A stretch of DNA of 57,072 nt. Origin: an uncultured Bacilli bacterium (GTDB lineage: Bacteria; Bacillota_I; Bacilli_A; RF39; UBA660). The position numbers and the translations under genes were made by a program. The notes under the pieces were generated by a model. The model saw only the letters and a program-made list of their open reading frames with translations, searched no databases and was not told where the DNA came from. The stretch lies in assembly GCA_947623995.1 (NCBI GenBank), contig CANQIN010000001.1, forward strand, positions 1 to 57,072, in the 5' to 3' direction. Below are positions 40,059 to 48,187 of this stretch, piece by piece. Within the stretch, counting starts at the first letter, position 1. Every line of letters starts with the position of its first letter.

Positions 40059-41081
40059 TTATTTAAAGATATTAAATAATTTACCATTTTTATCATTATC
40101 TTCTTTATTAAATCCCATTTTTTGTAATAAATATTCTAATTCTACATGATTATCCAATTTATCATCTAAATAAGGAATATTAAAATATACTTTACTATTA
40201 GATTCATTTTCAAAATCTTCAACATCATTATTATCTAATACACTTCTATTTAAAATAATTTTATTGCCTTTTAATTTATCAAATATTTGAGGATCTTTTC
40301 TAATTAATTTATTTAACTTAATTAAACCCGGTTCAATTAAATACAAAACATCAGTACAATAATCAATTGCCCCTTCTTCATTTAAATCAATTAATATTAC
40401 ATCACAATTATAATGAGTTGAAATAAATTTTTGCAATTCAAAATGATTAGTATTCATTAAAGTTCGATCATTTAAATAAATAAAATCATTATTATCAACT
40501 TCAACTGCAACGACTTTATAGTTTTTTTCTAATTGTTTTTTTAATAAATATGTTAATGTCGTACTACCAGCATGCTCAGTAACATTTTTTAAACCAATTA
40601 TTTTTACAGAATTAGTTCCAACATAATTTTTTTCTTCTTTAACTTTTTTTTCTTTTTTAGTTGAATGAATATTTTCTTCACTAGCTGTACCCATCATCAT
40701 ATTTAATTGATGATACTGGGCAACATCTTTATAAGTATTAGGATTATCAATTAAAAACTTAACCGCATCTATATTTCTTGTAAAATTATAAATTCCCATT
40801 GATACCAAAGCAGATAAATACTTAGGATCATTTACTAATTCAGAATCATCTAATAATATAATTACTTTACTCATATCCATATTAACAGATAATTCTTGAA
40901 TTACAGAAATATTTTCATAATCTTTAATAGCAGTAATATCTAAAATCATTTTATTATAAAAGAAATTATTAAATTGCGCTATTAATTCTTCAGGTGTATA
41001 TACACCTGAAATACTTTTAATAATATCTATATCAATATTATTTAATAATGATTCGTACTTATTCACAACTTTAACATTCAT
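40059..41081 (-). CDS. TadZ/CpaE-like protein: receiver-like N-domain plus ParA/MinD-fold domain with a degenerate P-loop
   Basis: N-terminal ~125 aa has a CheY-like alternation (KVIILLDD...). The C-terminal VKIIGLKNVTEHAGSTTLTYLLKKQL...VVAVEVD...VILIDLN follows the ParA layout but lacks GKT. Start at the ATG at 41081, 8 nt after AAGGAG. Confidence 0.45.
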   Translation of the reverse strand: MNVKVVNKYESLLNNIDIDIIKSISGVYTPEELIAQFNNFFYNKMILDITAIKDYENISVIQELSVNMDMSKVIILLDDSELVNDPKYLSALVSMGIYNFTRNIDAVKFLIDNPNTYKDVAQYHQLNMMMGTASEENIHSTKKEKKVKEEKNYVGTNSVKIIGLKNVTEHAGSTTLTYLLKKQLEKNYKVVAVEVDNNDFIYLNDRTLMNTNHFELQKFISTHYNCDVILIDLNEEGAIDYCTDVLYLIEPGLIKLNKLIRKDPQIFDKLKGNKIILNRSVLDNNDVEDFENESNSKVYFNIPYLDDKLDNHVELEYLLQKMGFNKEDNDKNGKLFNIFK

Positions 41082-41093
41082 TATATTCACTCC

Positions 41094-41582
41094 TTATTGT
41101 AATTTATATTCTAATCTATCAACCGGAAAATTAATATCAATAGTTTCACCAGTAACTTCAAATGTTAAAATTTCTCCTATAACTGGTAAATTAAATTTGT
41201 AAAAAAATTTAACTGAATACTTCGTACGATTAGTTAAATTACCTTGTCTAGTACTTTTTTTACTAATACAATAGTAATATTTTTCCCTTTTATTTACTAC
41301 TTTTTCTAATGTAAATGAAGATAAATTCCTAGAACCATAATCTCCTTCTTGACAATAATGCATAGTATTATAATTATTATATGATAAATAATTATTTATC
41401 AATTGAATTGAACCATTATTTCCATCTTTTAATCCTTCATATTTTTCTATAAAAGTTAAAGCTTCATTTTTAATTTTAAAAACTTTATTGTAACTTATTG
41501 TTAAAGATAAGAAAGACACAAAAATTAACATAAATGTTACAACTAATCCAATTAACCATACACTACCAGTTGACGTTCTCAT
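41094..41582 (-). CDS. Pseudopilin (TadE/TadF-like minor pilin) candidate
   Basis: MRTSTGSVWLIGLVVTFMLIFVSFLSL: a short polar leader ending in G, then a ~22-aa hydrophobic helix, then a ~130-aa globular part. Confidence 0.45.
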   Translation of the reverse strand: MRTSTGSVWLIGLVVTFMLIFVSFLSLTISYNKVFKIKNEALTFIEKYEGLKDGNNGSIQLINNYLSYNNYNTMHYCQEGDYGSRNLSSFTLEKVVNKREKYYYCISKKSTRQGNLTNRTKYSVKFFYKFNLPVIGEILTFEVTGETIDINFPVDRLEYKLQ

Positions 41583-41588
41583 CCTTAA

Positions 41589-42098
41589 TCACCCCTTATT
41601 TGTATAGATAGGTTTAGTATCTCCTTTAATTCTAAAATTAAATAAATCATGAAATATTGGCAAATCTAATTGATAAAATACCACAACTCTATAATATGCT
41701 ACTGAAGGTAATTCACTAGCAAAATCACCATTTGATCCTATACCTCCACTATCAATTTTAGCAATACAAAATGCAGCATTTTTTTGATTTACCTTACCAT
41801 CTCTACTAAAACCATAATACGTATAATTATCTTCTAAACTTAATACATCACAATTACCAGTAGTTCGATATGCACTATCTATTAAATAAGATGAAATAGC
41901 ACATAATGTTCCTGTAGTATCACTTCCACATTCTGCAGTTAAATTTATTCCGTTATTACTTTGAATCGTTTGAATTATTCTATCTTTAACATTAAATGCT
42001 TTGGACTGATTAATAGTTAAACACATAAAACCAGCAAAGAGTAATACAAAAACAATTACAATTTGAAATAACCATGTACCCCCTATTGCTTCTCTCAT
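41589..42098 (-). CDS. Pseudopilin (TadE/TadF-like minor pilin) candidate
   Basis: MREAIGGTWLFQIVIVFVLLFAGFMCL has the same leader architecture. The globular part contains 4 Cys. Confidence 0.45.
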   Translation of the reverse strand: MREAIGGTWLFQIVIVFVLLFAGFMCLTINQSKAFNVKDRIIQTIQSNNGINLTAECGSDTTGTLCAISSYLIDSAYRTTGNCDVLSLEDNYTYYGFSRDGKVNQKNAAFCIAKIDSGGIGSNGDFASELPSVAYYRVVVFYQLDLPIFHDLFNFRIKGDTKPIYTNKG

Positions 42099-42116
42099 TT
42101 AAATACCCCTTTTCTA

Positions 42117-42347
42117 TTAACCTTTCCAAACGCATTTAAAATAAGTATTTTGACCTGGCATATGACAGTCAACCTCTTGACAATTATTTGTCTCACACTT
42201 ATTACAAATTGCTTTTGAACAATTAGTATTTTGATTCATATTATTTCTAATCATTGGCCAGATAGTAAAATAGAAAAAGGCAGCTAAGCCTGCTATAGCC
42301 ACAAGTACGACTACTGACATATTTAATTCTCCAGTTGCCTCTTTCAC
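42117..42347 (-). CDS. Short Flp-like pilin paralogue 3 (76 aa, GTG start)
   Basis: (GTG)MKEATGELNMSVVVLVAIAGLAAFFYFTIWP followed by a 6-Cys C-terminal tail. AAGGAGG RBS lies 6-7 nt upstream. Confidence 0.6.
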   Translation of the reverse strand: MKEATGELNMSVVVLVAIAGLAAFFYFTIWPMIRNNMNQNTNCSKAICNKCETNNCQEVDCHMPGQNTYFKCVWKG

Positions 42348-42362
42348 ACTTTTACCTCCTTT

Positions 42363-42599
42363 TTATTTTGTCTCTACATTAGTTCCTTCACAATTTATAG
42401 TAGTTTCATTTCCATTTTGATCTAAAGCCTTACATACTGTACGTTCTTTATTACATTGATACGCTGAAGCACATAATGTTTGACGATTCAAATTATTTTT
42501 AATTGCTGGCCAAATAAACGCATAAAAGAATGCTGCTATTGCTGCTATTGCCACAACAGTTATTACTGTAATATTTAATTCACCTGTCGCTTCTTTCAT
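42363..42599 (-). CDS. Short Flp-like pilin paralogue 2 (78 aa)
   Basis: MKEATGELNITVITVVAIAAIAAFFYAFIWPAIKNNLNRQTLCASAY followed by a divergent 4-Cys tail. Start moved to the ATG at 42599; the ORF-track extension reads through the paralogue-1 stop region. Confidence 0.6.
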   Translation of the reverse strand: MKEATGELNITVITVVAIAAIAAFFYAFIWPAIKNNLNRQTLCASAYQCNKERTVCKALDQNGNETTINCEGTNVETK

Positions 42600-42843
42600 A
42601 ATTAGTTTCCCCTTACTTAACTCCTGTATCTTGTGGCGTGCACTGAACAGAAGTTGGATTTCCATTTTGATCTAAAGCATCACATAAGGTCCCATTACAG
42701 TGATAAGCAGATGCACATAATGTTTGACGATTTAAATTATTTTTAATTGCTGGCCAAATAAATGCATAAAAGAATGCTGCTATTGCTGCTATTGCTACTA
42801 CAGTTATTACCGTAATATTTAATTCACCTGTAGCTTCCTTCAT
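42456..42843. repeat. Tandem duplication (period 244 nt) covering the 5' halves of pilin paralogues 1 and 2
   Basis: 42700-42843 aligns with 42456-42599 with roughly ten substitutions by hand alignment. All are synonymous, since the encoded 47-48 aa are identical. Confidence 0.85.
42613..42843 (-). CDS. Short Flp-like pilin paralogue 1 (76 aa)
   Basis: The first 47 aa are identical to paralogue 2, followed by a divergent 4-Cys tail. ATG at 42843 lies 7 nt after AAGGAGG. Confidence 0.6.
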   Translation of the reverse strand: MKEATGELNITVITVVAIAAIAAFFYAFIWPAIKNNLNRQTLCASAYHCNGTLCDALDQNGNPTSVQCTPQDTGVK

Positions 42844-42877
42844 TATTTTTACCTCCTTTAATCTTCTTACAATTATT

Positions 42878-42906
42878 ATTATAACTTTTTTAAATAAAAT
42901 TATCAA
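42878..42906 (-). promoter_or_regulatory. Strong promoter in front of the pilin genes
   Basis: Minus strand reads TTGATA (42906-42901), 17 nt, TATAAT (42883-42878), about 35 nt before the paralogue-1 ATG. Confidence 0.55.
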
Positions 42907-42938
42907 CTATTTAAGATTATTTAGTTTAAAATTAGACA

Positions 42939-45455
42939 TTATTGACGTTTAATAATTTTTCTATAGTATAAAATGAAAAGCAAAAAACTTATAATTGATA
43001 TAATAATTCCAAATTTTAAGCCTTTTATATGATACTTTAACTCTATTTTATGATTACCATCATCTACTGGAATAGAAATTATACCATTTAATATTTTATC
43101 ATAATTTACTTTTTTATTATCTATATTTATTTCAAAACTATTATCATATGGTACTGTAATTATTAATAAATCATTATCATTTGCTGTAAAATCACCAGTA
43201 AATCCAGTTGATAATATTCTAAGATTTTCAATTTTTTTAGTGTTTAATTCACTAATTAAATTTTTGAAATCATTTTCTTTAACATATTCTAAAGCTTCAT
43301 TACCTTTTTCACTATATATTGCATTAAAATCGGGAGTTAAATTTATTTCTATCTTAAATTTATCGCCTTTTTTTAAATTATATATACTATCAACTTTTTC
43401 TTCGTTAACCATTAAATTATAGATTTCTTCTCCACTTTTCTTTTTAATTATTACATTGTTTTCTACTTCAAAGAAAAAGTTTTCCACATTCATATTAATT
43501 TTAGCAACAATATCATTTGGTATATCATAAGTAAATATTACTTTACCAGGTAAACTTTTATCATGAAGAACATATGTATTTTCTTTTTCGTCAATATTTT
43601 CAAAACTTTTTTGAGGATTTAAATATTTAATTTGCAAATCATATTTTTTATTAGTTAACAGATTTAATATATCAATAATATCATTATCACTATATTTTAA
43701 TTGTTCTTCATTTTGATTATTAACAATAAATCCCAAACTTTTAATATAATATTTATTTTCTAAAAAGGATATTTTTGATGAATTAAAAGTATAATTTCTA
43801 ATTACATATTTTAAACCTAATAGGGCATCCATTAAAAAATTATTAGAATAACTTATAACAGAATTATGATGATATTCTGGTCTATAATCTTTTAAAAAAG
43901 TAGTCAAATTATTATTATATATTGATGCAAATCTATTAACTCCATAATAATCGAATAATAATCCATCATTATTAGTTACCTTAGAATTCATTCTAAAAAA
44001 ATTATCATCTTCTTTAAGAACGTTAATTAAATTATCAATATTTTTTATATTTTGTTGATATTCACCAACTGATACATAATTATAATTACTTCCTTGATAA
44101 TTAATATTGATATCCATTATTAAATTAATAGATAACTCAATAATAACTAAAAAATAAGTAATTAAATCAAATTTTGATTTGTGATAAGTAAAAATATAAT
44201 AAATTAAAAAGCAATTACTCAATACTAATAACCAAATATATATTTTTTCAAAGCTAAAACTTAAATAAATATAATTTTTGTATGTAAAAAAAGCTAAAAA
44301 ATATACTATTAATGCAACTAATATTATTATTTTGTTTTTTAACTTAATATTAATTTTTTCAATATCAAAATTATAAGCAATTAAAATCCAAAATGCATTA
44401 AAGCAAAAAACAAAGCGGCCTGGAAATCCAATTGGCTTTTGAAAAAGGTGCCAAGTGTAATAACCAATATTAGTTATTAATGATAATAAATAAATTACTC
44501 CAATAATATATATTGATTTTTTTAATTTTAAATTTTTTTTCTTATCACTTAAATGTAATAAAATAATTACTAAAACAAATAAAGATAAGTATATTGGCGC
44601 GCTGCAATTTGTAGTAACACTCTCACTAGCATAATTACTACCAATAATAAAATTGTATAAAGATCCAATTCCATCTTTATTAAAACCCAAATAATTCATA
44701 CTATTATAATAAATTATTCTTCCAGAAAAAAGACTATTAATAGTTGGTATTAATATAACAGCTGAACTTAATCCACATAATAAACTAGTTAAAAAAAATC
44801 TTATAGTTCTTTGCTTTTTTTCTTTTTTATTTAATGTTGAATTATATAATAAAAAGAAAAAATAAATTACTGAAAATAAACATATCATGTAAGCCGTGTA
44901 ATAATGAATAAATATCATATATGTTAAAGTGATAAAATACATTAAATTTTTATTATCATTAACTATTTTATCTATAGCAATCATTACTAGCGGTAACATA
45001 TAAACAGAATCTAAAAATTGATAATTATGATAATATAAGCTAACAAATCCAGATAAAGCATAAATTGTTGAAAAAATTATCGTTTTACTATTTATGCATT
45101 TTTTATAGTTTAATAATATATTCATTGTTAAACCTGAAAAACCAATTTTAATAAAAAGCAAAATGACATAAAATAAATCAAAGTTTTCCTTTTTAAATAG
45201 AAAATAAAGTAAATTTAAAGGATTGCACAAATATGTTGTAAAAATCGGATAAAAATTTTCTCCTAAGCCAATATTAAAAGTAAAAATATTAAAGTTTTTT
45301 AAACCTTCAAAAAAAGCTGGATACTGTGAAAATGAATCCGATGTTCTAATAGAAAGATTACCAAATGGATAAACATTCATGCTATACATTGCAAAACAAA
45401 ATATCAAAATTGGCAAAATAAAAGCAATTAAATAATGAATTATATTTTTTTTCAT
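42939..45455 (-). CDS. yfhO: YfhO-family polytopic membrane glycosyltransferase
   Basis: 838 aa. The N-terminus (VYPFGNLSIRTSDSFSQYPAFFEGL...LCNPLNLLYFLF) is typical of YfhO. More than 12 TM helices plus a large C-terminal extracytoplasmic domain and a terminal TM helix. Confidence 0.8.
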   Translation of the reverse strand: MKKNIIHYLIAFILPILIFCFAMYSMNVYPFGNLSIRTSDSFSQYPAFFEGLKNFNIFTFNIGLGENFYPIFTTYLCNPLNLLYFLFKKENFDLFYVILLFIKIGFSGLTMNILLNYKKCINSKTIIFSTIYALSGFVSLYYHNYQFLDSVYMLPLVMIAIDKIVNDNKNLMYFITLTYMIFIHYYTAYMICLFSVIYFFFLLYNSTLNKKEKKQRTIRFFLTSLLCGLSSAVILIPTINSLFSGRIIYYNSMNYLGFNKDGIGSLYNFIIGSNYASESVTTNCSAPIYLSLFVLVIILLHLSDKKKNLKLKKSIYIIGVIYLLSLITNIGYYTWHLFQKPIGFPGRFVFCFNAFWILIAYNFDIEKINIKLKNKIIILVALIVYFLAFFTYKNYIYLSFSFEKIYIWLLVLSNCFLIYYIFTYHKSKFDLITYFLVIIELSINLIMDININYQGSNYNYVSVGEYQQNIKNIDNLINVLKEDDNFFRMNSKVTNNDGLLFDYYGVNRFASIYNNNLTTFLKDYRPEYHHNSVISYSNNFLMDALLGLKYVIRNYTFNSSKISFLENKYYIKSLGFIVNNQNEEQLKYSDNDIIDILNLLTNKKYDLQIKYLNPQKSFENIDEKENTYVLHDKSLPGKVIFTYDIPNDIVAKINMNVENFFFEVENNVIIKKKSGEEIYNLMVNEEKVDSIYNLKKGDKFKIEINLTPDFNAIYSEKGNEALEYVKENDFKNLISELNTKKIENLRILSTGFTGDFTANDNDLLIITVPYDNSFEINIDNKKVNYDKILNGIISIPVDDGNHKIELKYHIKGLKFGIIISIISFLLFILYYRKIIKRQ

Positions 45456-46417
45456 AATTTATCAGCTTCTTTCTCGTCTATATCACTTTCTTTTACAATA
45501 TATAATGGTCTATTTTTAGTTTCTAAATATATTTTAGAAATATATGCTGAACAAATACCTAAACAAAATAATTGAATACCAGAAACAAAGAAAATAATAC
45601 ACACCAATGATGGCCAACCACTTACTGGATCACCAAATATTATAGTTTTAAATATTATAACTAAAATTAGTATAAATGATATAAAACAAAATAATATTCC
45701 TAAAAATGTTGATATCATTAATGGCACCGTAGAAAATCCAATTATTGCATCGAAAGCATATAATAATAATTTCCCAAAACTCCATTTAGTTTCTCCAGCA
45801 ACTCTTTTAACATTATCAAATGATATCCATTTAGTTTTAAATCCTAAATAACTAAACAATCCTTTAGAATAACGATTATATTCTGGCATTGATAATATAG
45901 CATCCACTACTTGCCTAGTCATTAATCGAAAATCTCTTTCTCTAGAATCAACTTTAACTTTACTAATTTTAGTAATTAATTTATAAAACATTTCAGCAAA
46001 AAAACTTTTAATTACAGGTTCTCCTTTCCTGTTTTTTCTTCTAGCAATAACAATATCATAATTGGTTTCTTTAATTTCATTATACATGTCAATTAATAAT
46101 TTCGGAGGATGTTGTAAATCAGCATCCATTAAAGCTACTAAATCACCACTTGCTTTTTTTAGTCCAGCATATATTGCAGCTTCTTTACCAAAATTTTTAG
46201 AAAAAGATATATAATGAATAAAATTATTATTATTTTTTATTTTTTTTATTACATTTAATGTATTATCATTACTCCCATCATCAACAAATATTAATTCAAG
46301 ATTTATATTTTCTTTTAAAAATATTTCTTGAATGTTATTTATCTCTTTATAAAATAAAGGTAAGCATTCTTCTTCATTTAAACATGGTACTATAATTGAT
46401 AAAACTTTCTTTTTCAT
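45452..46417 (-). CDS. GT2 polyprenyl-phosphate glycosyltransferase (GtrB/CsbB/ArnC-like)
   Basis: LSIIVPCLNEE, VDDGSNDNT, FGKEAAIYAGL, LMDADLQHPP, two C-terminal TM helices. 4-nt overlap with the yfhO start. Confidence 0.85.
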   Translation of the reverse strand: MKKKVLSIIVPCLNEEECLPLFYKEINNIQEIFLKENINLELIFVDDGSNDNTLNVIKKIKNNNNFIHYISFSKNFGKEAAIYAGLKKASGDLVALMDADLQHPPKLLIDMYNEIKETNYDIVIARRKNRKGEPVIKSFFAEMFYKLITKISKVKVDSRERDFRLMTRQVVDAILSMPEYNRYSKGLFSYLGFKTKWISFDNVKRVAGETKWSFGKLLLYAFDAIIGFSTVPLMISTFLGILFCFISFILILVIIFKTIIFGDPVSGWPSLVCIIFFVSGIQLFCLGICSAYISKIYLETKNRPLYIVKESDIDEKEADKL

Positions 46418-46463
46418 AAATACTCCTAACTATTTATATTCTATCAAATATTTATAAGAAATT

Positions 46464-46490
46464 AAATAAAAAAGATAACCTAAGTTATCT
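46464..46490 (-). terminator. Intrinsic terminator immediately after the TadC-like gene
   Basis: Minus strand reads tAGATAAC-ttag-GTTATCT followed by TTTTTATTT. The stem begins inside the TAG stop codon. Confidence 0.55.
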
Positions 46491-47277
46491 ACATATTCAT
46501 CATCATTAATAATGCAAAAATTAATAATACCATTACTCCTAATCCTGTTGCTATTAACATTTGCATTGTTTTCTTTTCCATTTTCTCTAAACGTTCTTTA
46601 TATTTTAACTCTCTTGCTTTTTGTTGCAAATTAGATATTGTTTTAGAAAACGCTAATAATTGTTCTTGTTTATGTTCTTGTCTACCTAATGATAAACGAT
46701 ATAATAAACGCATCATTCTCATTGAATCTCTTACTGGATATGTTTTAGCAAATGTCATATATGGATTTATTGAACTATCACCAGCATTAACTTCATCAAT
46801 TAATTGTTGTAAACCTTCTTTAAAAATACTAGGTGCATCATTAATTGATTTACCTAAAGCTACAGGAACAGTATAATGTTGAATTAATATTTCTAAACTT
46901 TTTAAGTAATGAGGTAACATTGCATCAATATCATGTAAATGTCTTTTATAATAATTCTTAATATTCATATAATCTAATTTAAATACTAAAAAACCAGCTA
47001 TAAAAGCAAATAATACGGTAATATATGTTAAATTTGAAATAAAGAAACAAAGCATAATCACAATAATTATTAAACCATTTTTAATTCTTTTATTAAATAG
47101 AAAATCGGCATTAGCTGAATCTCCATATTTAGCTTTTACATAAAAATCCCAATCATTTTCTTTTAATCTTTGAAATAAAGTTTCATTATCTGAAACAAAA
47201 CGACTAACACTTATTCTTCCCGTATAATTAAGAACAAATAATATTATAAGTGCTAAGGCAATAATCTCGAAATACAT
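46489..47277 (-). CDS. TadC-like platform protein (single T2SS-F domain)
   Basis: N-terminal TM helix, two central TM helices, a cytoplasmic helical domain (LPHYLKSLEILIQHYTVPVALGKSI...IFKEGLQQLIDEVNAGDS...) and a C-terminal TM helix. This is GspF/TadC-type topology. Confidence 0.55.
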   Translation of the reverse strand: MYFEIIALALIILFVLNYTGRISVSRFVSDNETLFQRLKENDWDFYVKAKYGDSANADFLFNKRIKNGLIIIVIMLCFFISNLTYITVLFAFIAGFLVFKLDYMNIKNYYKRHLHDIDAMLPHYLKSLEILIQHYTVPVALGKSINDAPSIFKEGLQQLIDEVNAGDSSINPYMTFAKTYPVRDSMRMMRLLYRLSLGRQEHKQEQLLAFSKTISNLQQKARELKYKERLEKMEKKTMQMLIATGLGVMVLLIFALLMMMNM

Positions 47278-48173
47278 TATTCCACCCCCACATCTTCATA
47301 ATAGAATCTTTCACCTTTATAAAGAAAGAAACAATTTATCCAAATTATACAATGAAGTATTAATTGAACATACCACATATCTAATAATTTAATATATGAA
47401 TCTGTACCTAGCAAAAATTGCATAGCCATAACTAATAAGAACAATGCTAAACCAAATGTAATAAATCTTTTATGAAAATCTGCTCTATCTATTTGATCAC
47501 GATAAACACCTTCAACTAAAGAATCTATATCCATAGCCATATTTTCTAAAGCTTCGCCTGAATCTTTAGCACCTTCTTTAGTTATTTGTAAAAATAATTG
47601 ATGCATATTTTTAACCATATAATATGGATACTTTTCATTAAAAAATTCAATAGATTCATCAATTGTACCATTTTGATAAGACATATCTATCATAGTTCTT
47701 AAATCTGTCAAAACTGGATCTTCAATAATTCCTGAATCTCTAACTCCTTCTAAGGATTTAACAAAACTTTGAGTTGTATTAAATTCCATTATAACATTAG
47801 TTGTATATGTTTGTATTTGTTCAAAAATATACTCAGAATAAGCTTTTTGACATCTTAAATACGCTAAAAATGGAATAAATAAAACCGCAACTCCAGCATA
47901 TATTACAGTAATTATAATGTTATAGAAATATAAATACGATATACCGCCTGCAACACCTGCAAATAGCACAACTTGTGTTATATATTGTCTTGGAGTATAT
48001 TCTTGCCCTAATTCTTTAACTTTTTCTCTAACTTGTTTGAAACTGTAAGGAGCATATTTATCATATGCATTTGCTACACTTTTAGCAAAAAAGTTATAAA
48101 CATTCTCGCCATTATTCATATAATATGAAATTGCAAAGATAGCAAGTACAATTAATATTACTAACTCAATCAT
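47277..48173 (-). CDS. TadB-like platform protein (single T2SS-F domain)
   Basis: Same topology class as the previous gene. 1-nt overlap with the downstream gene. It follows the secretion ATPase directly, as in tadA-tadB-tadC. Confidence 0.5.
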   Translation of the reverse strand: MIELVILIVLAIFAISYYMNNGENVYNFFAKSVANAYDKYAPYSFKQVREKVKELGQEYTPRQYITQVVLFAGVAGGISYLYFYNIIITVIYAGVAVLFIPFLAYLRCQKAYSEYIFEQIQTYTTNVIMEFNTTQSFVKSLEGVRDSGIIEDPVLTDLRTMIDMSYQNGTIDESIEFFNEKYPYYMVKNMHQLFLQITKEGAKDSGEALENMAMDIDSLVEGVYRDQIDRADFHKRFITFGLALFLLVMAMQFLLGTDSYIKLLDMWYVQLILHCIIWINCFFLYKGERFYYEDVGVE

Positions 48174-48187
48174 ATTCTCCCTTCTTT

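Noticed and set aside
42814-42822. Conserved N-x-S/T tripeptide (NIT/NIT/NMS) after the pilin leader, considered as an N-glycosylation sequon linked to the GT2/YfhO pair.
   Set aside because: The tripeptide sits at the very start of the hydrophobic helix. YfhO-type enzymes are not known N-oligosaccharyltransferases, and a three-residue pattern is expected by chance. I mention it only as a note within the pilin finding.
42599-42906. N-terminal extensions of pilin ORFs 1 and 2 as given in the ORF track (starts at 42906 and 42665).
   Set aside because: The extensions have no RBS. One reads through the pilin promoter and the other through the 3' end of paralogue 1. Internal ATGs preceded by AAGGAGG or AAGGGGA give the conserved MKEATG start shared with paralogue 3.
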